This document shows, in pieces, positions 1-13,439 of a DNA stretch of 64,000 nt; position 1 is the first letter of the stretch; each line of letters starts with the position of its first letter. The notes beneath the pieces are model-generated. The model had not been told where the DNA came from, did no database searches, and worked only from the letters and a program-made list of their open reading frames with translations. The position numbers were made by a program, and so were the translations under genes. This DNA is from Vicugna vicugna (lineage: Eukaryota): the NCBI GenBank assembly GCA_013265495.1, contig MU061748.1:24586103-24650102 (forward strand), given 5' to 3'.

Positions 1-3000
1 AAAAAGGCTGAGGCATATAAAAGAGAAGAGTTAATTAATGAAATGAGTTTTACAAAAATATTCCTGATTAGAGTCCTTTAAACAGGAAGCTCCTCACCAG
101 CCCATAAATAGCTATGTGACTTGCAAAACAGATTTATATTTCTTTTAGGAAGTACTTCAGTTGTAGAAATCAAGAAATGCTTGTGGTGTTTCTCCACTAT
201 CTATGAGCAACATCCCTATTATCTATCAAAGTTTCCTATTTTTAATTATAAAATGGGGCTATGCCCATTAATCCTATCTATTTTCCTCTCTCCCTCCCGC
301 CCCCCCACCTCCTTCCATCTCTCCCTCATCCGTCTCCCTCTGCTCAGCCCTAAACAATGCTTTGTATTCAGAGCTCTCAATGGGAGAAGATACATCCATT
401 CCCAGCCTTTGTTCACTCCAACCCACAAGCTTTTTAGTTTTCAATTTACATACAGAAACTGAAACAGAAAAAAGAAATCCCACTGGATCCATACATGCAA
501 TCCTGTGGGAGGAAGGCTTCAGGAACCTGGTGGAACAATGGAATTCTGGAAAGCAAGGCCCAAAGCTCCTCCTAGCTGTGGGAAGGTTATACCACCAATC
601 AAAACCAAACGAGGAAACCTCTGAACAGATTTCAAAAAAAGAAGAAATCCAATATGGTGCATTCGTGTTTGTAGAAGTGTATTAAATTTCAACTTCCCCT
701 GCTTCTAATTGGCTAACATCATATTGTCCGTCTTTATGGCTGAATGGACAGGTCTGGTATTTCAGTCTTGGTGGTGGTCGGGGAGGGGGACTCTAGGAAA
801 AGGGTCTACTTAATTCTTTCTCTTTAATCTCTTTTTATGTTAAGTAGTAAAGTAGCTCATTTAAAACATCTTATCTACTCGATAGCTTAAAAGTCAAATC
901 ACTAGTTTTCTAAAATAAAAATAATGTATAGACTTTATAAAAAGCTTCAACAGAACAGATGATATTAAGCAGAAGGTAAAGTCCCTCCAGCTCATTGTTA
1001 CTCTATGACCTTTCCCCAGAGGTAACCATTGGTAGTAGCTATTGGGTATCCCACCAGAGATTTCCTAAAGGAGGTGGGAGCAAAAATACAATTCCATTTC
1101 ATTTGAAAAGATGATGGTGGTGATAATCACCTGGGCCCTTCTAAGCCACAATCCTGGGTTCTTGTTTCTAAATCTGCAAGGGGGTCATCCTGTTTTCTCC
1201 TTTCCAACTGAGTTAACTGAAATAGGCACACTAACTGTATGTAAACTGGAGTCTTGGCTCGGAAGTGAGAAAGCCCTAAGTAGGTTTTAGAAGTGCTGTG
1301 AGGAGACTTCAGCCCTCTGATCCGCCTGTTTCTCCTCCAAAAGGGAAGGACAGCTTTGAAAAGTTAACCCCCTACCCCCAGAGGTCCCTCTCTCCCTCCC
1401 TCTGGGGCTGCTCTCAGGAAATTGTCCTTTACCGGGCTGGAGCCCCGGCTCCTCGGCTGGCAAAAGCATCCTGCTGCTGGCTTAGCTTTAATGAGTATCC
1501 AGTTAAATAGTCAGCCCAAATCCTCTTTTCTGAAGACAAGAGTGGGTAGACCTGAGGTGGCAGATACCATGAACTAGGAAGTAACTGAAAGAGAACCTGA
1601 ATGATGATTACTACTGGTCATCATCATCATCATATTATTGTTATTATTATTAACCTTTAAAAAATTCTTAGGATGATTTGCTGTTTCCACACATGTCATT
1701 TTTCTTGGATGTGCCTGAGGGAGAAATCCTTCATCATACTGAATAGTTATAACACTGCTTAAAATGTACAAACCTGTACCTTTTGCTTGCTTCCGTTGAC
1801 AACAGAGAGCCCTCATATCATTTTCAGACTCAGACTTTCCCGTCTTCGGGGAACCTGAGTGAGTACATGAGTAAAAAGGGGGGAAAACAGGCCTGTTCAT
1901 ACTTTTTTGGCATCGACCCAGTTTTCCAATCTTCAACATTCTCAGCCAGTTTCCCTCTCCTCATCATTTTCATTGTGCTACTTGAAAGACACAGTGGAAA
2001 TAGCTATGGGAACACAAAGAAAGAAAGAACACATACCATGGGGTTAGCAGAGAGGAAACCCTCATAATAGATTTCAAGAGAATAAATCCTGGAGCAATCC
2101 TGAATCTTAAAATATTTACCAGATATGTAGGCAGAACTCCAAGAGCACACATTCTGGAAAAAATTATAATATTACACATTGTAAGATAGGAGATGAGGAG
2201 AAGAGAAATTGAAAATTAATTAATAATTAAATTCATGTATGGCTTCTTGTTAACAAGGCCCTTCCAAGAACCCTAAGATCCAACCTTGTTACTCTGTTAG
2301 TTGAAATAAATATGATATAATCTTTGCTAAAGTAATTTGTATCATCTTGTTTCTAAAATAACTTTGTGTACTCCAGTCCTATAAGGTAGCCAAATCCTGT
2401 GCAAAATAAGAGTTTTCCAGTGATTTTTAAAAAATCAAATATTTCCCACAGATATATTGCCTGGTTTATCTGAGGTTTTGACTATGCTTTCCCAGGAATA
2501 CTGAAATCTATAGCTTGACTGGACCACAGCTGTGTCCTCAGTAATTATTCTCTGTCTTATAAACTCTTGAGGTATATATTCATAGCCAAGAAAGCACGAG
2601 AAATTGAACTATAACAAGAATCTCCCTAAAGCTACCTCAAGAAAAATAAATTGCAATCGGAAGTATATTTTTCCTTCTTTTCAGTGTGGTCTCTGGCAAC
2701 ATATGAGGGCTTTTAATATATAATCTGGATTTATTGGCTTTTTCTTCAAAGGTTGCAAAGATAGATTCATTTCACGGATGTGTATGACCAATACACAAGT
2801 TTCAATAAACTTCAAGTTATATTGAAATTTTAATAGCTTGGCTTTAAACCAAAAACACTCATCAAACATTCAGGGTTTACTGGCTTTTTTGATGTTTGGA
2901 AATCTGGGGGCAATAAAGAATACATAACTGTTTTTTTTTAACTAATTGGTAAATAGATTTGTCTAAAATAGAGACTCAGCAGTCCTGTCTGTAGGGTCCT

Positions 3001-3299
3001 TGTCAGAAATGCTATGGAAAATAGGCAGGATAACAAAGACAGATGTACTGGGAAACAGACTGGTATCAGGGCGCAGAGTCACCATGGGAGGGAGGAACGT
3101 TCAATGACTCATGTCATGAGATGGAGACTGCAAGACCACAGCTGCTTACCCAACAGAGCCCCCATTTTGCTCAGACACTGGGCAGAGAGCATTTGATATC
3201 AAGAAACATAGTTGCGGCCTCTGGTCTGGGGAGAGATGAACATATGATCCCACTCTTTCCAATGATATGGAAGGAAAGTCTGCTTGAGGAATTCTGCTC

Positions 3300-3735
3300 C
3301 CAATAAAAAGCTAAAGTTGTATGAGGAGAGGGTCTCTTTCTGCTTGACTGTCCCTAAGCCAACCCAACCCATTCACCATCTGCCATTTCTGGCCTTTGAA
3401 TGTCCTGAAGCTTTTGGCTGTGGCAGCCATATTGCAATCAGGAGAGGATGAGTCCCCAGATGAAAAGTCGACATGCTGACTAGGATGTTGCACTGTACAC
3501 CAGAAATTGCCACATTGTAATGGACTATACTTCAATTAAAAAAAAAAAAAGCAGCATGCCATGGATGGTAAAACAGGACAGAAAGAGCCTGGAATTTTGA
3601 TGACCCCATTGAGAAGATGAAACAATTCCAGCAACTGGCTGTCTCCAGACTTCCTGATATGAGAACAGTAAGTCCATTTGTTTTAGCCACTGTTCATCAA
3701 CTTTTCTGTTATTTGCAGCTGAAAGCATCCCTCGT
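3300..3735 (+). mobile_element. MaLR LTR (MLT1-type), interrupted by an L1 tail
   Basis: GCTGTGGCAGCCATATTG...GAAAGAGCCTGG...TTTTCTGTTATTTGCAGCTGAAAGCATCC is typical of MLT1 LTRs. Confidence 0.7.
3481..3550 (+). mobile_element. 5'-truncated L1 3' end with poly(A)
   Basis: CTGTACACCAGAAATTGCCACATTGTAATGGACTATACTTCAATT followed by an A run; same family as the reverse complement of 22551-22620. Confidence 0.75.
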
Positions 3736-4019
3736 TACTAAGGGAATTATAGTTTTGGTTCTATGATCAAACTACTGCATGACACTGACAACAACAACAA
3801 CTAAAAAAAAAAAAAAAAAAAGAAAGGAAGGAAGAAAGAAAAAATCAAATGAAACAAATGACATCTCAAATCCTCAGTTTCCTTACTTATAATCTGAGGG
3901 ATAAGAACCAAAACAATCACTTTTCAAGAGAAGCAAAGCAGTCTATCATTTTGAAATACTTAAAAACACATATTTTGAGGCCCTACCTAAGCTATTGTCT
4001 TTCCTGGCCCTGTGCTAAG

Positions 4020-4185
4020 GGTTTAGCCTTTTTTACCTCACTTTAACCTTTCAACAATCCTTTAAAGTGAGTGCTCTTAACCCCATTACATCAATGAGAA
4101 AACTGTGATTGAGGGAGGCTGAGTAACATGCCCAAGGTCACACAGCTACTGAGTGACAAAGCCAGGATTCACGGCAGGTCTCTTT
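4020..4185 (-). mobile_element. MIR SINE
   Basis: GAGAAAACTG...AGTAACATGCCCAAGGTCACACAGCT is the MIR core in reverse. Confidence 0.8.
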
Positions 4186-5039
4186 TCTGCATCTGAAGCC
4201 ATTCGACACCTAGAGAATACAGGAGAAATTTGTCTTAACACTGTGAGTTACTGTCACTGTGAGTGAGGCCTAATACCCTATAGACACTTTCGTGATGTTT
4301 GATGTTTTACATTTAGGAAATGGGACTTGACTTATGATACAAACTAAAACCATGTAAGTTACCCCATCACACCACCATCACCATCTTCAGAGATGGACTG
4401 GAACTGCCCACAGGAGAACAAGATTCTCCTGAGGAAATAATTTTGAATGTATTCCAATACACACACTGACAGCTAATTGAGACACTGAAGTTCCATATCA
4501 CGAAGTGTGTCTATAACAATTTTGAATTGGAAGAACTTTGAAAGCTGGAGTAACCAAAGACCACCTGTATCATATAAAGAAATCTCCAGGGAGCATCTAA
4601 ACATAGAATGGTCTGTCATTAATGGTCTTTCCTGGTACACAGCTCAAATAAACTGCATAATTCACTGTAGATAATGTCACGAAAGGGGCCACTAACTAAT
4701 TGGTGAGAAGGGAGGAGACGCTGACCCAAAAGATGACTTTGGCTTTGTAATTATGATTAACTTTTCTGGCAGAAATTAGGCCACGGATCCATTTGTCTAT
4801 TAAGACATATCACAATTCGTGATAGTACAACCTTATCCTATGAATATAGAAAACACTCATTTATTCTCTGAAAGTAATTTATTACTAAGATAATTTGGGG
4901 GGGTGGAAAATCTTAAAAATAAAGACAAGAAAAAAAACAGTAAAGATCACCCATAGTCCACCACAAGATATAACATTTTAGTATGGTTTATTCTCTGAAT
5001 GAATACATAGAGTGTTGCTGTTAGTAAAAGTGTAATATT

Positions 5040-5250
5040 GGTGAGACGGCAGCAGAGTGCTGCTTCCACTGCATTTCAGCTGCATGACCTTGAGCGAGTT
5101 GCTTTAACCTATCTCAGCTTTGATTTCCTTACCTATAAAGTGGGAATAATAATAATACCGACTTCATAGTTTTTTTAGTGACAATTAAATGTTATTTTAC
5201 ATAAAGCATTAATAATAGTAGTATGAAGCACTAAATAAATATGAGCCATT
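5040..5250 (+). mobile_element. MIR SINE
   Basis: CAGCTGCATGACCTTGAGCGAGTTGCTTTAACCT...TATAAAGTGGGAATAATAATA. Confidence 0.8.
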
Positions 5251-5289
5251 GTCATGTAATGTTTTGTTACCTACCCTATTGTCTCTTTC

Positions 5290-5770
5290 AAGTTATTCCA
5301 TAATCTCCTACAACATAGTTTTTAGTGGCTGCAAAGAATTGTCATGTTATGTTATATCATGGTTATATGTTCAACCAGTCTCTTATTGTTGACCCTTTTA
5401 GTATTTTTACCAGGATTTCACAACTTTATGCAACTTACACTGTGACAAAAATAAAATCCTTATAGTCAAATCTTTGCACACACCCCTGACTATTTCCTTC
5501 AGATGTAGTCATAGGAATGAAATTGCTGAGTCAAAATGGTTAACACAAAGCTAAGTTTCCAGAAATGTTACAGGAATCTACAATTTCTTTAGTAGTATTT
5601 GTAAGCGTATACCCCACCCCCAACCATCACTTTGAAAAATATTCAGTATTTTACCAATTTGATGGTTTAAAAAAGATTTGCCTTTTCCATTTTAATTTCT
5701 TTCCATGGGTTACTACTGAGGTGAAATGTGTTTTCACTTGTGTATGGACATTTATATTTTGTCCTTAAGA
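5290..5770 (-). mobile_element. Old L1 (L1M-type) 3' fragment
   Basis: AT-rich antisense L1 motifs such as GAAATTGCTGAGTCAAAATGG and TACTGAGGTGAAATGTGTTTTCAC. Confidence 0.6.
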
Positions 5771-5839
5771 CGTGCCTGTTCCTGCACTCCCCGCAGGCCA
5801 AATTGCTTAAAAAGGTGCACACACTCTAGAGGTTCACTA

Positions 5840-7015
5840 ACTTCCCAGCTCACTCTCCACCCGTTACCAGTGACCTCTGCTTCACCAAATCCAGGAATCA
5901 TTTTTCCGATCTCATTTTTGTAGACCTTTTGGTAGTATCAGATGCCATTGACCACTTCCTCCTTAAAACACTTGCCTCTCTTGCCTTCTGAGATCCCACA
6001 TCTTCCTGTTATTTCAGCTGCTCATTCTCAGTCTCGTCCTCTGCCTGGCCCCTCGTGTCTGAGTCCTGGGACCTCTCTCTACGTGAACGCATTCACTCCC
6101 TGTTTAATTAGCACATATGTGAATTACCACATTTATATCCCTAACCAAAACTTCCCTCCTGAGCTTCAGACCGAGGCAGTCAACCCATAGTAGCATCTCT
6201 CTGTGGATGTATCAGAGGACCCTCAAACTTAACATGTTCTCAAAGAAACATTGATCCCCTTGCTATTTCCTCAATCTTCCTCGACTTAAATGTTACTACC
6301 ATTTTCAGAGCTACTTTGTTAGAAACTTGAAGGTCATTCTTCCCTGCTTTCTCCTTTCCCACTGGGGCCCTCCCTTCCTATTGTTTCTTTTCCCAGAATG
6401 TATCTTATCCCCCTCTATCCCCGTCCCTCTCCTCTCTAAACCTCAATCCAGGTCGGCATCATAGAGCCCAGCCTGCACCACCACAGTAACGTCCCATCTT
6501 GTCACCCTGTTTATTTATTCTCTTGTATCCCTCCAATCTGTTGTCCATAAGGCCGTCACAGGACATGTTTTTTAAGTGGAAAATCTGACCATGTTATATC
6601 CCTGCTCAAAGCCCTTCTTTGGATTCCCATAGTTTTTCAAATAGATTCCAAAGTAGTTATGATCTAGAAGGCTCTATGTGACTTGATCCTTATCTCCTTC
6701 TTCCAGTTCACTCCTCACCACTTTCCCCACCTCTCCCTCACCACACTGCCCTCCTTTCCATTTCTTGTATCTCTAAGGGCCTTTGCAAATGCTGTTCCCT
6801 CCAACTTAAAGGGTCTTCCCACTTCCTCCCACCCCTCTTCACCTAGAAGGCTCCTTTCTATCCTGAAGGTATTGGTTTATATGCCACTTCTCAGAGAGAG
6901 CCTGCCTGGTCATTCCATCCAAGTACTCCCACTCTGTATCCTCTCTTCTCTTCATAGCACCCGCCTCCCATGTAACAGGCTCTCAAGAAAGCATTGTTGA
7001 ATTATGGATGAATGG
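5840..7015 (+). mobile_element. L2 LINE, RT remnant through 3' end
   Basis: 5911-5970 reads LIFVDLLVVSDAIDHFLLKT (L2 RT motif LILLDLSAAFDTVDH), followed by CTCAAACTTAACATG and the TGTTGAAT...GATGAATGG terminus. Confidence 0.85.
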
Positions 7016-7019
7016 CTAC

Positions 7020-8980
7020 TTTGCCAGTTTAATTTTTATTCGTGTTTTAGTATTTTCTTGCTGATTTTCAAGACCTTCAGGCACTTTTTATGTATCTAGT
7101 GTATTAATGCTTTCTCTTTTGTCTTTTGCTCTGTCTTGTTTGTGGTGATTTTGGTTAACCGATGTTTTTTTCACTTGAACATATTCAATTGTATCATTTC
7201 TTTCCTCTAAGATTCTCTCTCAGGTGTCAAGCTTAGACTGGGCTTACCAATTGTATTATGGACTTTCCCCAAAATGTGCACCTTTATCTTCTTCTATCTG
7301 GTACTTTAACATCTTAACTTACATTTTAACTTTAAATCCACGTGGAATTTGTTCTACTGTGTGATTGATTCAAGATTTAACTTGTACCAATAATATTCAT
7401 TCACTATTCCTTTCATTTTTGGCTGATTTTAAATGTTGCATGTAATATACAATTACATACTTATAAATATTTGAGTGTGTTCCTGCAATCTTGAGAATAT
7501 TCCTTTTGTCTGTCTGTCTTTCTGTGCACCAGTACCACTCTATTTTGTTATCTGGGTAGGCCAGTACCGTCTCATTATTTAAAGGATTTTCAAGGGTAAT
7601 ATTGACTACATGAAAGGTTTCAAAATTTTTAAACTATTCTCACTCATTTTTTTCCCTTCAAGATAAACTTAAAAGGAAAAAAAAAAAAACAAAAGCCCCA
7701 GCAGATTTTTAATTGGAATTGTATTTGATTTATAGTTTAATTTTAGGGAAATTAAAATCTTAACATTATTAAATCTTTCCTCCCAGGAACATGGTCCATT
7801 TCTCCATTTAAACTTCTTTATTTATAACTCTCCATAGGAATGTGCACTTTTTATACATAGGTCCCCCTCCTTTATAGGTTAATATGTGGTCGATACTGCC
7901 AGGGCCATTCCCACCAAATACCTTTGGTGTTCCCATCTACTTCCCAGAGGCTGTTTACTGGACATCACTATTTGTCTATGAGGTGTCTTTTCTGGCCACA
8001 GGAGCCCACTGGAACTGTTGGCAGGGCCAGCTAGAAATCCAGAGTTATGTCCCTAGAAACAGCCTTTCACTAATGATGATGGAGAGTTGGTAAGTAAACA
8101 CCAGCTTCCTCTGCTTTCTGTTGTAATAACTCTGTTGTGTGCTCATATTGTCTCCCACAGAGGCATGGGGGGGGTGATGCTCTATTTGCCCCAAGGGAAA
8201 ACTGACTTGAGGAACCTTGACTGACATCTTTCCCTTCCCCATCTCCCATCATCATTCCAAGACTGGGTTCCTGCGATCACTCTTGAAAAAATAACTCTAA
8301 TATTCATCCTTGTGTCAAGGTCAGCTTTGAAGGGAACCCAAACCAAGACATAACCCCTGCTTATTTTTGGTTGCTATGATAAAGGAGACTTATAAAAATT
8401 ATAATTTCTAACCAGCAATATAAGAAAGTTATTGATTTTTTTGTCTATGGCAGAGATGTATCATATATGCATATAATGATACAAACACAAGTTTTGCCAT
8501 GAAAACATTAGTATTGTTAAATTGCTTTACATATACACTCTAATGTGCTGCAAATTAAAAATATATAATACATCTATGCAGAAACAGTGTATAGAGTTGT
8601 ATACACAACCCCCACACATACAGTATTTTAGGGGCAATTTGGAGAATTTTTAAGGGTGATTCTGGATGTGCACAACTTTCACCTCATTCACTGTTTTTAG
8701 AATCTAATTTGATGATCTTTAGCAACTGACTTCCTTACTGAATTCATTTATTAGTTTTAATATTGTTTCAATTTATTCTCTTCATTTTTCCAGGTAGACA
8801 ATCACATCAACAGGAAATAATAAGAATTTTGCTCCTTTTCATTATTCATACATCGAAATTCTTCATGTTGTTTGATTGCATTTACTAGAATTTTTGGAAC
8901 AGTGCTAAATATTAGTGGTGAAAGGAATGTCTAATTTCATATTTGAGTAGAAATAGAATGTTTCTCTTTCTGTTGAGAGA
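7020..8980 (-). mobile_element. Old L1 (L1ME-like) antisense fragments with nested insertions
   Basis: 8780-8980 matches the antisense ORF2 RT region (GTAGACAATCACATCAAC...GAACAGTGCTAAATATTAGTGGTGAAAGG). Confidence 0.65.
7885..8350 (+). mobile_element. Solo ERVL-type LTR (LTR16/LTR33-like) nested in L1
   Basis: TG...CA termini; the 3' end GTCAGCTTTGAAGGGAACCCAAACCAAGACA is characteristic of this group. Confidence 0.6.
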
Positions 8981-10200
8981 GTATATGAGAGGGATTGTTT
9001 GGGGGGAATGCATACAGTTTATCCAAAGGCAATTCAGTAAAGTAAATAATAAAGTGAATTAAAATAAATGATAAATTGAATGCAGGATGGAAAAAAATTT
9101 CAGTTTTACCTCAGTATGAAATATTATCTGATTTTTCAATAAACCATTCCTAGTAAACTTGATTCTCTTGGTTTAAAATAGTAATTTTTATAAACTCATT
9201 AATAATTTAAGCCTATTTAAGATCTCCTCAGGCTACTTTATATTCATTGGACTTTGATTCTATGTTATATGAAGAAGCATTTTTCCTTCACATTGGGATG
9301 GGACCTCCAAAATCTGGGGGGCAGTTGCCTTGATTTATAAGCTAGAAAAATTAAACCTGTAAAATGTAACAGGGATCTGGGTTCCCATACTCATGCTTGC
9401 AAAATTCACACACCCTACGAAACTATTTCTTATTATTGGTTCTGACAGACCCAGGTGTTTTCACATAGACACAAAATACAAAAATTTAAGGTGATTTTAA
9501 AATTTGGAAGTAAGAGCAGCTGTCTTCCTCTAAAATTCATTTTGGAGGTTGCTTTACTAACTTGGCCAGCTTTTTATTTTGGTAGTTTTATAACCTAGCA
9601 GTCTTCATCAAGCCAGATACGAGGAGGACAAGAGATGGTTTTGCCAGGGCACGTGTCAGATGGCATCAATTTTAAGCTAGCATCCATATCTGTTGATAGG
9701 ATGTTAAGGGCAAGACTTCTTCCTTGAGGTATCCTCGATGCAATTTTTCATTTTCCAGAAAACTTCAAGTTTTATTCTGCATGGATATATGTTGAAAATT
9801 CTTCAGTCCGCCTTATTCTTCTCCTACTTCCTATTTTCCCCAGATTAATGAAGGCAGATTCTGGGTCAGGTTTGCTAAAGTGGAAAATGACGGGGGAAAT
9901 AAACACTTTCTACCAGGTTCGAAAGAATTGAGTCTATTGCAAGTACCTTAATTTATTCAACTTGGTTACCTATTGACAGACATTTAAGATGTTTCCAATC
10001 TTTCATGATGACAAAAATGCTGAAATTGTTGTCCTTATCCATACACCATTTTGGACACATGTGAATATATCTGGCTTGAACTTAAGAAGTTATGTATTGG
10101 ACAGATACTGAAATATCTTGTGAGTTCAGGAAGAAGTTGACTAACCAAGTTAGATGAAGAGAAGAAGCCAAATACTGAAGGAGCCTCAGCAGCGAGACTT

Positions 10201-10624
10201 TGTAGCTCATCTCCCCAGAGCACTGCCAGTTTTACCATCTCCCAACACAGCACGCTGGCTAGAGACTCACAAAACCATTTCCTCTTTTGCCAGGACTACA
10301 TTTCCCAGCTCCTTTACGTATAGGTGTGGCCATGTGATTATTTCTGGCCAATAGAATGTGAGCAGAAATAATACATGTCAATTTTAGGTCTGACTCCTAA
10401 AACCTGCCATGGAATTCTCTCTCTTCCCTTGTTTCCCAGTGATATGAAGAGAATCTAGTGAAATCATGGTTGAGAGGAGCCTGGGTCCCTGAATTCCTTG
10501 GTGAAAAGTTGCCCAACAAAAGCCCAACTGAACTGTGACCTGAGAGAGAAGTAAATTTTTGTTATGTAATGCCACAGATTCAGGGACTGTTTGTTATAGC
10601 AGTTATTTTTCCCTGACTAATACA
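10201..10624 (+). mobile_element. MaLR solo LTR (MLT1H/I-like)
   Basis: GACTACATTTCCCAGCTCC...TGGCCAATAGAATGTGAGCAGAA...TTTGTTATAGCAG...CTGACTAATACA. Confidence 0.8.
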
Positions 10625-11069
10625 CCCAGGTCTATATCTCTGATCCAATTTTCAAACCCTCAGTAAGTAACACTTGGCTCGTTATTAGATAAATGTCTAC
10701 CCCTGATCATTTGCCTATGGCTAGGCTGGGGTGTTGCAGTGTCTCTTCATGTAGACATGGTCTCCAGAAGCCCACCTCTGGATTTGGGGAGCTATTCCCA
10801 GAAAGTGGGAGTCATTGTGATCTGGGGAACCACTACAAGAATGTCTTCTACATGAAGGATGATAATAAACAGGAAAGAGCTAAGGCTGACAGAGCCTCTA
10901 ATGCTGGCTCTCAGGATCAGAACCAGGGTAAAAATTTTATCAATCTTCTCATTCCTCAGATGCTTCACATCCTTATAATACCTGTCACAAATCTGTCACT
11001 CTCAGAGGCAAAACTCTCCCATGGCAAATGTGGGAAAAATGAAAATTAAAAGACTATTCATGTGAGACA

Positions 11070-11722
11070 TTTGGTTCTAGAAGATACTGTGTACCTTGCT
11101 GGAGGGACCTACCCTGTCATCCTCTTGCCAGAGAGCAGACTCTTGACTGGAAAGGAAGAAATTCCTGTTAAATGCAAAGCAACACTCAATCATGGAAACT
11201 TGAGGTATGGATGATCAACTGCAGGGGCATTTGTCATTTTTAAAATTCTGGTCCAGCATTCCACCTCCTTCTTATTTTGGGAAGAGTCCTATTATATAAA
11301 TTGGTTGGGGGCAAGATCTCACCATTTTCCACAGAAGCTAAAGAAAGCCAGATACCCCACCCCTTCCTCTGCCATATGTCCCCATGCCCCCCTGGCAGCT
11401 ACTGTATGGCCAGCCTACTTAATGCTGCCAGCCAGGAATTTAAATCTTCAGCAACTGAGAGGGGAATGAAGAGACAGCTTAGAATCCATCTCCAGTAGTG
11501 GCAGAAGTATCTGGTAGTGTGAGGGCCCCACCAAATCATCCTAACCAGTCCTTACATGTGCCCCTGGGTGGTGATGTCTGATTCCTGCTTGTTTTCTGAG
11601 CCTAGTTCTCAAATATTCTAATTGATTCGACAAGCAATCCAATATCCTTCTAATAAATTCTTTCTCTGCTTAAATTAGACATAGTTTCTAATGCTTGCAA
11701 CCAAGAACCTTGACTGATATAA
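11070..11722 (+). mobile_element. MaLR solo LTR (MLT1F/G-like)
   Basis: 3' end AATAAATTCTTTCTCTGCTTAAATTAG...GCTTGCAACCAAGAACCTTGACTGATA. Confidence 0.6.
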
Positions 11723-11956
11723 TAATTTTCTTTCTCTTCTGTTCATTTTTTCCCTTGACAACCTGACAGATAGAATATTTGAATTCTTGAAAGTGGCAAG
11801 ATAAATGTTATAAAATCCATTTCTCATACAGATGTAGATTACTAGAGTAATTAGAAAGCTGAGATATTATCTTCTTTTCTTTGAAATGACAACAGGCTGT
11901 GACCAGAAAAAAATATCTGAATCTCAAGGGCACACTCTAGGAGCTCTACCAGTCAA

Positions 11957-11973
11957 ACACACACACACACACA
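11957..11973. repeat. (AC)8 microsatellite
   Basis: Seen directly. Confidence 0.9.
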
Positions 11974-13439
11974 GAGAACCTGTGGGCCTCAGTATGTAGC
12001 TCTTGAGTGTCTTCCCAGGGATGGCAAGTCAGGCTCAGCTCAACTAAAGATCAGGCCTAACCAACCTATGCCTGCAAACAGGGAAGTCTGAGGGCTTCTG
12101 ATCCAATTATCTACATCAGGGTGGGGCTTTCTTGGCTCAGCCACACAAGAGGAGCCTCAAACACCAACACTTCACAGAATAGAGCTAGGAAATAGATTAA
12201 GAGTGAGTAGTAAATAAAGGGGCAGGGTGGGAGTTACAGTGAGTTAGGATGTAACAGAAAGGAACAGGCCATCTTACGACAAGAGCGCCTCCCTTGTTAA
12301 ACTCCTACCAAGGTTCCTGTAGGAGATCTTTTGGAAGATAACTATGTGGAATTGGATGTGTTTCCATCTAGACCTTCAAGGTTACTAAGTCCCATTCCCA
12401 GATGCTTCAACCATACCAGATGATAATCTAGGCTTCCTCCGGGGAGGGAGGCAAAGAATCAAAGAAGACCATCTTCAATTACCACCACCCTTCCCACCCT
12501 CCTTTTGGCCTGGTTGGGTTATGGCCTCTTTTCCTCTATAGATCCAATCCTTTCCAACAGGCCCAGCTCTCCCAGTAATGACCCTGATATGCTAAGAGCA
12601 CCCAGCCAGAGGTCCATGGATCTGGGCTCTAAGGCTTTCCTCATAATAATGCCTATTTATTCAGCCCCGTCTCCACCTTTTTAAGAGGGAAGGGGGCTCA
12701 AGAGACACAAGAAGCCTCTGCTGTGGCCCTGCCAGGAGGAGCAATTGTCCAGTTTGGACAAAATTTAACAAGAGAGAGCTGCTATAAAAGTAGTGCCAGA
12801 ATCCCAGCTTCAGAAGTTGAGCTGGGCGTCTTCCAGAGGCAGACTTAACACCACCTGCTGCCAGCCCCTCCTGAGCTCAGGCTGGGGTATTATCTGGAGG
12901 TACCTTTGCACATGAGATTTTCCCAGGACCATCTCCTGCTGGCTCATGGCATGCTGTGGACCCAATAGAGCCTAAATCTACTGGGTATGTTCTGAACATT
13001 GTGGATTTTAAAATATGTAGCTCTTTCCATTAGGACTTGCCATGAGATGTCAGAAGCAAGAGTTTCACAATAAACCAGGTGTGCCGGGTACAGAGAGGTT
13101 AGCCCTGGGACCAGTTTCCCAGAAGTCTCCCGCTTTCAGAGTAAAGTTTTTTGAGAACCATTCTTATAACTCCTGAGAGGTCCACCAGAAGCTAGAAGAA
13201 TAGTGGTGGGAGGATGGGAGCAGAAGGCCTCCAACCCTCCCAGCCCTGGTAGGAAGGCTCTTTTGGACACCATTCCTGTGACAAGGATTCTTCAAAAGAG
13301 AGGAAAAAGAGCAGAGAAGAGGAGGAAGAGAAAAGGGAAAATTAAAGTAGAAAAGAAAGAACAAAGTTTTAAAAGTTTTATTGTTTCTTCTGTTAACAAA
13401 TAATAAGTGCCCAATGGAAAAAGTTCAGAAAATTAAGAA

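Noticed and set aside
362-685. 107-aa ORF with an acceptor-like TTTACATACAG at ~454
   Set aside because: No recognisable protein in any frame, and no matching donor or partner exon that I can support.
12000-13150. Possible ERVL/MaLR internal or LTR sequence
   Set aside because: Looks repeat-like, but I could not find diagnostic termini, a PBS or gag/pol motifs; needs RepeatMasker.
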